64,000 bases of DNA from Ramazzottius varieornatus (Eukaryota > Animalia > Tardigrada), in contig BDGG01000002.1 in NCBI GenBank assembly GCA_001949185.1, forward strand, positions 2,539,826 to 2,603,825, in the 5' to 3' direction. The notes under the pieces are model-generated. The model did no database searches, was not told where the DNA came from, and saw nothing but the letters and a program-made list of their open reading frames with translations. Position numbers and translations under genes: made by a program. Shown here one piece after another: positions 27,711 through 39,298 of the stretch. Numbering within the stretch: position 1 is the first letter of the stretch; every line of letters starts with the position of its first letter.

Positions 27711-28344
27711 CAGAGTATAAAACCGCGTAGCATTGCAGAACCATACGGCAGCAGTGCGGCACGGCCGTACGCAACCGCAAGGAAAATTTGGAGAAAAAAT
27801 GCCGTACAGTCCGCGCCGTAAAACTCTGAGACAGTGTCCCTCCGCGCCGCATCGATCAGTGGCGCAGGCGCCGTAGCTTGCAGCATGAAGTTTGTGACTG
27901 ATTGCCTGTTTTGTCGGATGTTTCTCTCTCGGAATCAACCGAATAACCGGTCGGTCATGTAACGTGTGTTTTCGTGTGCTGTAAACCAGAGACGGAATTC
28001 CCTTTTGATTATTAGCATCCTAGGCTTCAAGCATTCTTTCAGAAACGCTGTTTTAATGATTGTGGTGAAATTCTCACCGATATTTTTTGGCGATGTACCA
28101 TCTTTCTCGGTCGAAAAAGATTGATGGTTTGCTGTTTCCTAAGATATCTCAATTCAGAGAAAAAATTGCCGTTATAACAAAATTTTCGTTGCGGTATGCC
28201 GTCGGTGCAGCATACGGAACAGCGTTCACAGCATGGTACCGCAAGAAAAAATCACGGAAATAACCGCGTGCCGTACGAGCATCAAGTTTCTGCGAGCCCG
28301 CAGTATGGTTCCGCAAGCAAAATCCCACGCGGTTTTATACTCTG
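27711..28344. mobile_element. hAT-type MITE (634 bp)
   Basis: TIR CAGAGTATAAAACCGCG / CGCGGTTTTATACTCTG; 8-bp TSD ATTGAAGA on both sides. Confidence 0.9.
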
Positions 28345-28420
28345 ATTGAAGAACGCAGTCACATGGCATGCCGTAAATATTACCTGGCACGATGACGTAC
28401 TGCGCAGAACACTGAGGGAA

Positions 28421-28628
28421 TACAGCACACGCACGGCGGGTAATTACGGGACAGTAAAAAATATGGGACAGGCGGAAAGGACGGTAAAATGGAATTTCGA
28501 CCGTAGAAAAGTGTCGAGAAGTGTATTACTGTGAATCGGTCGTGTACGTACGTGCCTCCGTACCGCCGTAGCGAAAAGGCCTGTCCTATAATATTAGTGT
28601 CCCGTGATTACCCGCCATGCGTGTACTT
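28421..28628 (+). mobile_element. TA-type MITE family T1
   Basis: About 50-bp imperfect TIRs (CAGCACACGC...GGGACAGGC / GCCTGTCC...GCGTGTACT) and the shared family core. Confidence 0.75.
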
Positions 28629-29689
28629 GAGGAAATCAGCTCACAGTATGGTCCCGCGAAGGGGAGTGGGTTAGTGGTAAATTTCGCCTGTCAAGCTTCA
28701 CCGTTCTTCCGACTGCTGGCGCAAAACAGGCGAAATTTAACGATGACAGATTCATTCGCGTCAGATCAACGGAAGTGCTGCTTTGAGTTCCGATGGAAAC
28801 GTGCCTTACTTTCCAGTCATAACTTGTACTCAAGCCAAATCACTTGCGTTCGCGTGACGTAAGAACAGCAGCCTATACCGGTCGTCACGTGATAAATTTC
28901 CAATTGTCCTGCCTCTATGATGGACCGTACAGCTGATCGACTACGTTTTTGACTAGCTGTACGAAATCTTGTTTTGGCTTGAAGCAAAGCACGACTGGAC
29001 GCCGCAGCGCCAGGCTCGATTTCACCGGCAGATACTGTCTGTCCAATAGACTGCATCTCATGCATTAAGAGAAGGCAATTGAACCACGTACAGGGAGATT
29101 TGCCACCCAAGACCTCCCACAGTCCCACTTCAAGTCGTGTTAGCTGTGCTGGAAGAAGACCATGAACCATGTCCTAATTCGACCTCTGACAGGCAGCCAG
29201 AAACTCAGAGCGACGAAAATTCCTTTGTGTCGGCCAAATTGGGAGGCTGCTCTGTCACATGTCAGTCGCTTCGACAAAAACTCAATCTCTATACGCGAAA
29301 GTCATCAGTAATTACCGTGCAATAATTCAGTCGAGAGCGCGAGTCATCCTACGTCATCTGCGCGCCTCAAAGCATCCCTGCTTTCGTCCCCTTTACTTCC
29401 ACCGTGAGACACCAGAGTTTTCCCTTCAGCACGTAACCTCGCACACCGAAAAATTCGAGTAAATAATGCTTAGTGACTAGAATTTCCTTACTACATTGCT
29501 CATCAGGGACCAACTTTTTTCCGACAAGGAAGAAAAAAGAGCGCTTGATGGAAAGCATGCCTCTCTCTATTGCATTGCGTTACGCGATGAGTGCTGTGTA
29601 TCTTCTGAAACACAGCTCTCATCGCAATACGAATAGCATGTCAAAACTTCGATAAGATACGATTTGTATTATGCTGCCTCGAATTTTAG

Positions 29690-32531
29690 TCACATCGAAC
29701 TTCCTTGTGATGCTGATACAGCTCGCTGGGCCCGGTTCAGGCTCCTCACCGCTGACTTCCGCATTTCAACATAGCTCTTTTCCACCAGCCTCGTCGAAAA
29801 TTCAGCCAGTTTGGGTTTGAGGTCCTCTGCAACGATAACCCACCAGAACTGTCCATCCAAGTTCCGCCTGTAAATGGAGCCTCACTCAACGACTGCTACC
29901 AAAGAAAAGAAGCAATTCATTTGTACCTTTGTACAGAGACCAAGGAGCTCACCACCATTATCCCGAGGACCACGATGGCAACTCCAGTTCCAGCCGCAAC
30001 AGTAGTCTGGTTCGTGTTACCTGTCAACAGAACTTCTGTATAGAAACGTCCTCCGAGAACGAGAAAAGCTCGCGTACTTGAGGGCTAGCAAACAGGATCT
30101 TGTCCGTCATAACCGCATCGTGGTCGATTCGGCACAGGCCATATCGGTCCCGGCCAGCGAACTGAATTGACTTCAGATATCATCATTGAATCGACCTCAA
30201 TGTTCTGGAGCAACTGCACGAAAAAATAAGTTTGTCATAACTAGGAGGAAGCTTTTAACTGTATAAGGAAAAACCTCGACCTACGGAGAGCCTTAATTCA
30301 TACTGATCGTATTGCTGGATCACATAGTTCGAGCCCATTGGCGAACCGAACTGATCGAAGCCAAACTTTCCGGTTCTCAAGTGGAAAGTACGATTGTACA
30401 GCCTCCTGGCAATGTTGGCGCCATCCGCCAGTAGGTCCGACTGGTTTGCTTGCAGGAACTCGCTCACCACCTACACAACTTAAAATTCCTGGTCGTCCAG
30501 AATAGAGATTGTTCTAAATTGTTTCAGGTCGTACTTGTGCAGTTATCATCAGCATAGGCCGCCGTTAGATGGAAGTTCTGCAAGATTAGTGGGTCATATC
30601 TGATTGATTATTTATCCAGGCGCCGGGACAAATGTGGACTTGTAATACCCTACCACAACGTCTGGACCGTATGTCGTGTTAAATTTGTCTCGTGATACGT
30701 TGCGCCATCCTTCTCTTAATATATACCGGTCAGTGCCCGGAAGTGGAAAATCATCCCCCGCATCTCTCTCAGCGATGATGACTGTTGAGTACGCGATCCG
30801 AGCCAGCTGTAAGACAGGCGAAACGCATGGCTTGGCGGAGAACGGTTGTACGCCAATATGGTCACCCCAATCTGGGCGTTGGTATGGGTGGGGTTAACCA
30901 ATCGAACGCTGAGGCAGCCACAGCCTGCTGATTTCTTGATTCCAATCAGCAGTTTGTTTACGTCATGCAGGGAATTAACGCCCAAGAACTCCGCCCAGTT
31001 TTGGCTGGCCATATTGGCGTACACTGTAACATGACACTTCAACTATACCTCATCTTGAGTATCTCCGTACTTCCAAAAATAATTTCCAAATACCGGATGC
31101 CGTAGCATGATGTTAAGCAGATGAACCTTTGTGTAGTTCAACAAAAAATACATCAATATATTATCAAATGAGTCTTCAGGACACACAGACCAATGTCAGC
31201 GTCGTGACTGCATGGCTCGCACAAACGGGCTATTGATTTATGGTAGAAATCTTACGTGGTTGCCTTCGGTCATGTTTGCATCTTTTGCGGCAAGCTGGAA
31301 GCACAAAATGTTGGTATTGGTTCTGCACTTTCTAGATTCCCCATATCACCAACAACTGCAACTGAACCCACCATGCATTTTCTGAACGTTCCACCAAACA
31401 CCCAATAAAGAATCACTGCAACGTCGGAGTAGAATTTACAATAGCTTCCTTGCAAATCATGGCTCGCTTATCCCAACCTCTTGTCTGCCTGTTGAGTTCT
31501 TCCATGACGAAAGTGAAGTTGCTATCGGATGAGAACCCATCGACTTCCATCATCGTGATGTTGGTATGTAACGAAGAGCCCAAACCACCTCGTATAGCTT
31601 GACATATTGTACGTATGACCGGGTTACGCTTAACGTCGCACACTAGGCCAACGGTTGTCCACTTGAAGTGGCGCAGGAAGCCGGTGAACATCTTGACAAA
31701 TCGAGCGATGCTGGACTTCCCTCCAGTACCGCTTTCCAGACGGGTTGGCCATTTGATCTTGTTCTCAATGTCTGGAGCAAGCGATGAGCTATCAGAGATA
31801 CTGCAGTAAGTACAGTATAATCCATGGACTAGCAGTCTTTGACGAAAATAGAATTTGCCGTCGTTGAAGGATAACAAAGTACGGCTCACCTGATGATGAG
31901 TTTTCGAAGCCCAGTGGCCAAGTGAGAACTCGCGTGCCCATCGCAGTCTACGCACAGATTCAACTCGGAGAGGATGAAGAAAACAGCGGTGGCCGAAACT
32001 AAATTTTCTTTTAGCAGTCAAATATTCAAAATATGACCTCGGCTTGGCAAGCCGAGCCGAATAGTTACGGTAATTTACTGTGCTACTCAGGTCGATCTGG
32101 CCACTCGGAACCGTCAGACATTGAAATTTCTGACTGCTAAAAAGAATTAAAATTGTTTGGGCCACCGCTGGAAGGGACAATGGTGTACCAAATGAAGTTC
32201 GTTCTCACGTACCCGCTTCGTTTGTAATGAAGACTGTAAGGCTGGCTTTTCTCCATTTCCACTCATTAGCGTAATAAAAACTTGCCAGGGTGTCGTCGCT
32301 AATTGACATAAGGTCTCCACACTGGACCCAGGCCGGATCGGTGATGACGTTCTGCGTGAAGCGCAGCTGAGGATAGAGCTTGCTGATATCCTCCAAGGCT
32401 GATTGGTAGGGCGGCTCAACCAAGAAGTAACTTCCCATTTCACCGGCGTTGTATAAGATCATCGTTACGACTTCCACATAGAAAACGGGAGCACTTCGGG
32501 TGGAATTTCTGGCTGAATTTACGATATACAT
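29690..32531 (-). pseudogene. NPR/rGC-like ectodomain, TM and short-tail receptor, paralog A (frameshifted)
   Basis: Complete exon series to the TM (VAAGTGVAIVVLGIMVVSSLV) and a terminal exon RRNLDGQFWWVIVAEDLKPKLAEFSTRLVEKSYVEMRK...SSM*. A 5-nt deletion near 30553 in the NFHLTAAYAMLMITAQ exon (relative to B and C) shifts the frame. An in-frame TAG lies just upstream of the first Met. Confidence 0.75.
30849..31021. mobile_element. Small intronic MITE
   Basis: TACGCCAATATGG...CCATATTGGCGTA terminal inverted repeat; a similar-looking element lies near 39370-39516. Confidence 0.7.
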
Positions 32532-33112
32532 TGCAGTAATGAGCCGCTACTTGCACCAAGACTTGATTGCAAAGGAGCCTCTCGAGAACACACTAATTCA
32601 CTCCGCGATGACCATTCGTACGATATACGCAGCTCCGCAATGAGAGAGTGAGCTCGGAAGCGTGAACATTCGAACATGGGAGGACGGTTCTACAGTGGAG
32701 GTGGCTGGTGAGATCATAAATGGTTTGTCTCAATTCAATACCGGTCACCTCGACTCAAAATCATTTAGCTTTACTTTTTTGGGCACCCTTTAAATCCCTA
32801 AAACTTGTATGGGTACATGTGGGCTTGGGACGACTCTAAAAAACGAGCTTCGTGGCGCGCTCCTCGCAGCAGGAAGTAACTTTGGCTTCACCACTGCAGT
32901 CACACTGAACACTTTCCGCAATGTCATACGCGTGAAGGTCGGTGTGGCGATGCATCGTTAATTAGATTCACCGACTATTCAACGTACTCTGTGCTGGATG
33001 AAGACCAAAGAAGTGGGCAAATAAATTTTCGTTGTTCTACACCATACATGCAGCTCATAGCACGTCAGTTTTCATCAAACCAGATATCTCCTTGTGCGCA
33101 GCTAACGACCAG

Positions 33113-33600
33113 CTAAGTTTTGAACGTTGGGATCCGTGTTTCCCTGTAGCTCTTCTCGACCATCTGCAGAGAAAAGTTGCTTGTCCCGAGTCTGATTTCT
33201 CTCCCGACACCAAACCACCAGACCTGCCCATTGAACTTCCGCCTGTAAGTCAAGTCACCATATAGGAAGTGTGGACAATAGCTGATGAAAAATGCGGTGC
33301 GATGGTGCCTTTTCATGCCCGAAGACTATTAAACAAACCACGAACACTCCCAAAAACACGATGGCAACACCAGTTCCTGCCCCAACTACATTTTGCTGTG
33401 AGTTACCTGCACATGCGCCTACATGTAGAGATAATGTTTGTCTGTGCAGATAACATGCTTGAACCTACTTGTGCTAGCTGAAGCCCAGCAGGCACGATCG
33501 CATACATACCAAACCGTAGAGCAGGCGATTTGGTACATGCTACACCGGGCCCTGCCATTGTACGCGAGCCGGATGACAGAAATTTGGAACGGAACGACAA
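33113..33600 (-). pseudogene. 3' remnant of a fourth NPR-like paralog (D)
   Basis: RVQWQGPV*HVPNR (juxtamembrane exon with stop), TM VVGAGTGVAIVFLGVFVVCLIVF, and tail exon RRKFNGQVWWFGVGREIRLGTSNFSLQMVEKSYRETRIPTFKT*, homologous to the paralog A tail. Confidence 0.75.
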
Positions 33601-36176
33601 GAATACTCTGTGGCAGCTGGAAGAAACGCTGATGGAACGGAAGGAAATCTCCCGCACTGCTAACCGATCGGAAAGCCAGAGCGGCTTACAGAGCGCCGTC
33701 CATCTTGATTGAATTGCTGAGATATATAGTCTGAGCCCACTACCGATCAGAACTGGTCAAAAGCAGACCTCCCGAACATTGGCATATTTGAATTGCCGAT
33801 ACATGACGCTTTTCGCCACCGACTGATCGAATGTCTTGATGAGCAGAGCTTAACCTTTTTTGACGCCACGTTGTAAGTCTAAATGGGATACATTCAATTC
33901 TCAGCGCGACAACCACGGAAAACGCTAAACGAGAGGACGAAAGCTCCACCGCCAACTTACCCCTGAACCAGGAGTGAACTCCGTTCGGTTCAGGGCTTGT
34001 TGAAATTATTATGTGGCAATGTCCTTTGCATGGCGAGCCAACCAGCGTAGGTTTTCCGGACAACACAAAGGTACGCCAAAACGCAATCTGCACAGGCTTA
34101 CGTGCCATATTAGAGGATACTCAAGAAGCTGTCTGGACGGGACTGTTTCTGATCTGCGACACCGAATCTTCTTCTAGATCCGTCCGCGTAACGAATTCTG
34201 ACTGTTCGGTCTTTGTCTCATTCGGCTGTCATCTTTTTAGCTTACAGAGAGACCAGACGAAAGCGCACGTGAGCGTAACACGCTTGGAAACCTGTTCGGA
34301 CACAAAATCGATGTGATCATTGATTCACCATCGCAAAAGCAGTCGTATCTTCACGACCGCTGCTCTAGCGAACCTACAACCTGCAGTTTCATGTAACTTT
34401 TGAATGCTCTAGACATTAGCATCAGCCGTTGGAGCATTCTTTACCTGTACACTTCGGAGATATGGATGTCGGATCATCCTACAGTTACAGTATTCAGGTA
34501 TTCGTTACATTGTTGACGACGATTGATCTAGATTATGTCGTCATTCATCTAGAAACACCGCCTGTTGCAGGAGTGTTGATGTTGCTTCCGCTTAAAATGC
34601 GGAAATCCTCGTTAGCTTCTGGTGATGACGTTCCCGCCAAAGCCAATCGTAAACCTAAGACCGATCTGCTTCGAGTGTAAAGCATCGAGCTGCGTTCCTT
34701 TGCATAATGCATACTGTTATACTTCATGAAGACATGAACTTCGCGAAGCACGTCATGATACGCTCGCAGCTGCAAGTATACACATTGACCTGGTTCACAT
34801 GGAGCTTTGATTGTCATCAGGTGGCAGCACTAGGAGCATCCAGCAGCGGTACTTCGCCCGGGTACTTCACTGCTTTCACCGCCAGTAAAGGTCTGAGTGC
34901 TAAAAGGCTTAACGGTTTGGTCTGCAACAGGTAGTTTTCGTGCTTCGATAAGAACACTGGCCAAACGGATTGAGAGTCATAAGGTTTTGTTAGAGCAGAA
35001 TTCTGCTAAAAGGTCAAATGCCTGAAGGGCATGTTGATCTAGGGCCGTTTTGTCAACAAAGGAGACCGAGCTTCCGCACACGAGCCTGGTCTAAATNNNN
35101 NNNNNNNNNNNNNNNNNNNNNNNNNNNNNNNNNNNNNNNNNNNNNNCACATTTAGGCCAGGCGCGTGTACCCAAAGGCACTTTGACCGTGCACCATGATG
35201 GGTCACATCGTCGACTGCGATGGAGATGCTGCTACTGCTGAGCTGCTCATCTTGGCATTAATCATTTTTGCGGATGACTTCTGACAGACGGTCGTCGGAT
35301 GTCAAAACAACAGTATTCTTGCTTCGAACTTTGTCCCTAATCATGTATTCAACTCGCCTTGGCTCACAAACTTCTCTTTTCTGTACCTGGTACGGTAATT
35401 TCCCAGCTTGCTCGCAATTTTTTTTCTTATTCCGGCGCCATCAGGTCCGTTGGTAGTATTTCGTATTCAACGTTCATCCGTGCGTATTCAACATGGCTCG
35501 TGCCCTGATCATGATCCTGATCGTTCTCCTTGGAATAACCGGCATCGTCAGTGGCGCTGGTTACAGCAGCACTGGTAGCAGCGGTAGCGGTGGCAGTTGC
35601 TCAACAAGAAAATATCGCGCGGAAGGCATTGTTGTGGGTACCGCCGCTTTACTTGACCAACCGAGCTCACTTTCGAACTGCCATTTTTATAAGGGATCGG
35701 TTGTTGAGTTTGCCGCCTCATAATTCAGTTGCTGGGTAAGTTACCCATTTCCGCCTGTTTGTCTGACTGATTCAAAATGCTCTCGCATGACCCGCTGGAC
35801 AAACAACTGGCTGCCGACGGTACCATTTACATTCGAAATGACCAGAAGATCCGAAAATGCTTAAAACAAAAAGCGTCCGGATCCCATGTTAAATATTTGA
35901 ACCCTAAACCAACTGACCGATCAAGCGATACAAGCCATACTGGTGGCTAACTCAACAACACTTCCTTGTACTTTTGCCTTTCTCATCTAGGATGATCCGT
36001 ACCTGACTGAGGCCGACGCTAATGGGAGGGTTCAGTGGGTTCATCATCGACGTACTGGAAGCCATGAAGAGCGCGTCGGGAGGGTGGTTTGACTACAGAC
36101 TGACGCAGCATCCGGAAAACTCTTACGGTAATTCCGTCAATGGAACCAATTCCGGACTTATCGCGGACCTCGTTAA

Positions 36177-36706
36177 CACCTTGAACACGGGGCGGGAAAC
36201 TCACTTTCCCGGCGCACACTCATTTGTGCGCAGCGAGTTTCCAGTTTATCTTTTGCTCCCCGGTTTTTTCCTTTTGCCCGAACAACTAACCCTTCTTGAA
36301 ACTAAAACTAGCGGCTACTGGACACTTGCTCTGCAAACCTGGGAGGAGTTTTTTTCCTTTCTTAACGGGATTTCGGCGTAGCCAGCAAATTACTTTCCAG
36401 CCAGGCTCTCAGTTAGTCCAGTGTCACCAAAATAGTTGTTGCGCGAGCGCAAACATTTTAGTATCGTGCGGCAGTTTCAGATTATTGGAAAGATCTGCCC
36501 AGTGGTCATTGAAAAAACCTTGAAGCCTGGCCTTTTGAGTTGGCAGGTGGCGCACTCTGCATCATATTCCAAAATTTTGGCCAATCGATGAGGTAGTGAT
36601 TGGTCTAATTTGGTACCGCCCTCAAGTTTTAACCAGTTAATACAAGGCGAAAGTTACTTTCCCGCATCGTATTCTGAAAGTACGAAATCGCGCAGTGCTC
36701 AAGGTG
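36177..36706. mobile_element. piggyBac-like non-autonomous element (530 bp)
   Basis: TTAA on both sides (36173-36176 and 36707-36710); TIR CACCTTGAACAC / GTGCTCAAGGTG; removal restores the host exon end and donor. Confidence 0.85.
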
Positions 36707-36719
36707 TTAACAACGTGAG

Positions 36720-36875
36720 CTGAGTACACGCATGATGGGAAATTATAGGACAGGCGGAAACGACAGCATAATGGAGATTTGACCATGGAAAAAGAGTCGA
36801 AAAGCGCATTACTGTGAATCAGTCGCGTCCGTACGTGCTTCCGTACCGTGTACCGGAAAGGTCTGTCCCAGAATT
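36720..36875 (+). mobile_element. TA-type MITE family T1, partial copy
   Basis: GGACAGGCGGAAA...ATTACTGTGAATC...CTTCCGTACCG core shared with the other T1 copies. Confidence 0.65.
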
Positions 36876-38451
36876 TGCCATCGTGAGTTGAGTAGTGTAT
36901 TGTTTCCTCAGATTCGCCTCCCTTTCCAAAAGTGACCCAGTTGGAGAAAAAAAGCAGGGTGGCTACATAACTACGAGGACATAAATCGGGCATAGCGATT
37001 TTCGCACCATAATTCGAGCAACGCTAAAAGTTTAAGCTTTATTCTTAGCTCTTCATCGAATTCTTATCGTACGCCTGTCGATACAACTTCAGGCTTTTTA
37101 CATTGGGCAGACCCGTCTCTCCCTCACGACTGCTCTGACTTCTAACGATTCTTCTGACCTACAGCATTTCATCGTTCCCAAACCTGTTTGGACCTTGAGG
37201 AGAGAGATTGACTTACCTCTGGAAACAGTAAGCACGTGATCAGCTATACAGCAGGAGCTCAGAAAAATTATGCTTGAATTATGATGCGAAAATCGCTGTG
37301 CCCGATCTACGTTCTCTACCTCGTGAGGCTTTTTCTATTTCACCATGATAGAGTAGACTCCTGGCCAGGCGCGTCCCACAGGCAAATTTTCACGACGAAA
37401 CTTTGCCAAATGAAAAGTATTCCAACTTTGGACTTGACGACTCGAGTCGTGAGGTCGGGCTAGAAGTTCGAATACTTTTTCATTGGGCAACTTTTTGCCG
37501 TAAGAATACAGTACATTCCCTAAGTCACCCGGGCGGGTTCTGCTGTACCGCCGAAAGTTTGGTTTACTCATTGGATGTTCTTCTTCCTGTTTTAGAAGAC
37601 TGACATCACTGCAGCAGAGTTGACTGTCAAAAAGTCTCGCCAAGCGGTCATCGACTTTCTGCAGCCGTTTCTGCGTAGCGGTATTCGGATTGCCGTCAAT
37701 AATGCCAACGGGGTTCTCGGAACTTACCCTACGTTCGATGTCACCAACTTTCCCAGCATTACCGGCTTCCTCTCGGTATCATCATCTTTCCCGCTTACGG
37801 TAACCGTCTCACCAGGGCTCACTCATTTGATGTGCACTTTCAGAGCAGCAAGGATCCTGTGTATAAAGCTGCTTTCGAGAGCGCGAAATCGGCAAACCGT
37901 CTGGTGACCGATGAAGCCGGGATAGCCGCCCTTCTTGCAAGCAGTTCACCGGCAGCACTTATACGCCCACTTTGGCCCGACTGGTTGACCAGAACCCTGG
38001 TAGAATCAGCCTGACAAGTACCATTTATACAGCTGCCTTTTTCGCCTTTGGAATCCAGCAAAGCAAGTCTGTACTTTTGAATATTTAGGTCAGAAGTGCG
38101 ACAAAATGGCTGACAGGTTTTTTCTCCCCGTAGATCAAAACGACATCCGGCTGTGTTTGAACTCATTGCTCCTGACCACCCAAGAAAGCGGCGAACTACA
38201 AGAGCTGTTGAACAAATACAGTTTGAACTCATAGTTTCTGAAATCTCGTGTCTTGTATCATCATGACTTAGTAGGGTAGACCGCCCGTAAAAGCGCAAAT
38301 CGACGTCCGAAGTCAGAGTTCCCGTGGTGGCGCCACCTGCCCGTTGTGAGTTCGAATGACAAGGCGCCAGACAGAAAGCGGCTTCTGTTGAGCCAAAACC
38401 TTCGTGGAATTGCCGTATGCCACTTTCGACGTACAGAAGTTCAGCTTACAG

Positions 38452-38841
38452 TATAGGCGACCTTAGTACAGCAATACAAAAGCTCTAGAACCCCGGTTGC
38501 ATCGATTGTAGCCGTATCAGTCTGTCAAACTAGTGTTGTACGACGGCGTACGTTTCTGTGCTGACAAGCACAGCACGCAGATAGCGTTGCCAACATTTAG
38601 GCAAGTTGCACTGAGAGAAGATGTCGGAAGAGCTTGCCAGAGTGCTGTGTGAGTCAGCACATTGCGGCAGTATGGAAAGCTCTTCCGGGCACCAGTCCAA
38701 ACACTGCGAGCATGTATCAGTCAGAGCGATCAAACGATCACATACGAAGCCTTGTACGTCACCCAACACAGGCAGCAAGGGTGCTGGAACCTTACGTTGT
38801 ACATGGCGAATTAAGCACGCAGCCTAAAAGATCGGCCTATA
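38452..38841 (+). mobile_element. hAT-type MITE, family H1 diverged copy (390 bp)
   Basis: TATAGGC...GCCTATA ends; 8-bp TSD GCTTACAG; internal sequence similar to 8617-8998. Confidence 0.85.
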
Positions 38842-38916
38842 GCTTACAGTGCTTAACTTGACGGGCCTACCGTACAGCCGACCCGTGTACAGCATCGCTT
38901 GGGCTTTTGCCTTCCG

Positions 38917-39298
38917 TATAGCCGGTTTCATTAGGCTGACTTTCTGACTGGCTGTTCAGAACGTGACGTATCAGCACGCCTGACGCCTGTGTAGGGTGAT
39001 GTACAAGGCCTCGTATGTGATCGTTTGATCGCTCTGACTGGTACATGCTCGCAGTGTTTGGACTGGTGCCCGGAAGAGCTTTCCATACTGCCGCAATGTG
39101 CTGACTCACACAGCACTCTGGCAAGCTCTTCCGGGATCATCTCTTCGTGCCACTTGCCTAAGTTGTTGGCAACGTTGTCTGTGCACTGTGCTTGCTGGAC
39201 AGAAACGTACGCCGTCGTACAACACTCGTTTGATACTGACCCCGTACATGCAATCGCGGCGGGCACGGCGGCGTTTTGAATTATTAAAAGTGGCTATA
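38917..39298 (-). mobile_element. hAT-type MITE, family H1 copy 3 (382 bp)
   Basis: TATAGCC...GGCTATA ends; TSD GCCTTCCG/GCCTTCTG; reverse complement of 8617-8998 with few differences. Confidence 0.85.

Larger units (their letters stand above)
35493..38234 (+). pseudogene. Secreted iGluR/IR-type ligand-binding-domain-only gene (S1-S2 fused, no channel), damaged copy
   Basis: Exons: 35493-35633 (signal peptide, KYRAEGIV); 35991-36176 plus 36711-36714 (DDPYL..FSGFIIDVL..YGNSVNGTNSGLIADLVNN); 37596-37775 (KTDITAAELTVKKSRQAVIDFLQPFLRSGIRIAV..SITGFLS); 37844-38062 (SSKDPVYK..EAGIAALL..AALI / PTLARL..FAFGIQQ); 38134-38234 (IRLCLNSLLLTTQESGELQELLNKY..*). Frameshifts near 36030 and 37962; TE in exon 2. 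Confidence 0.75.
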
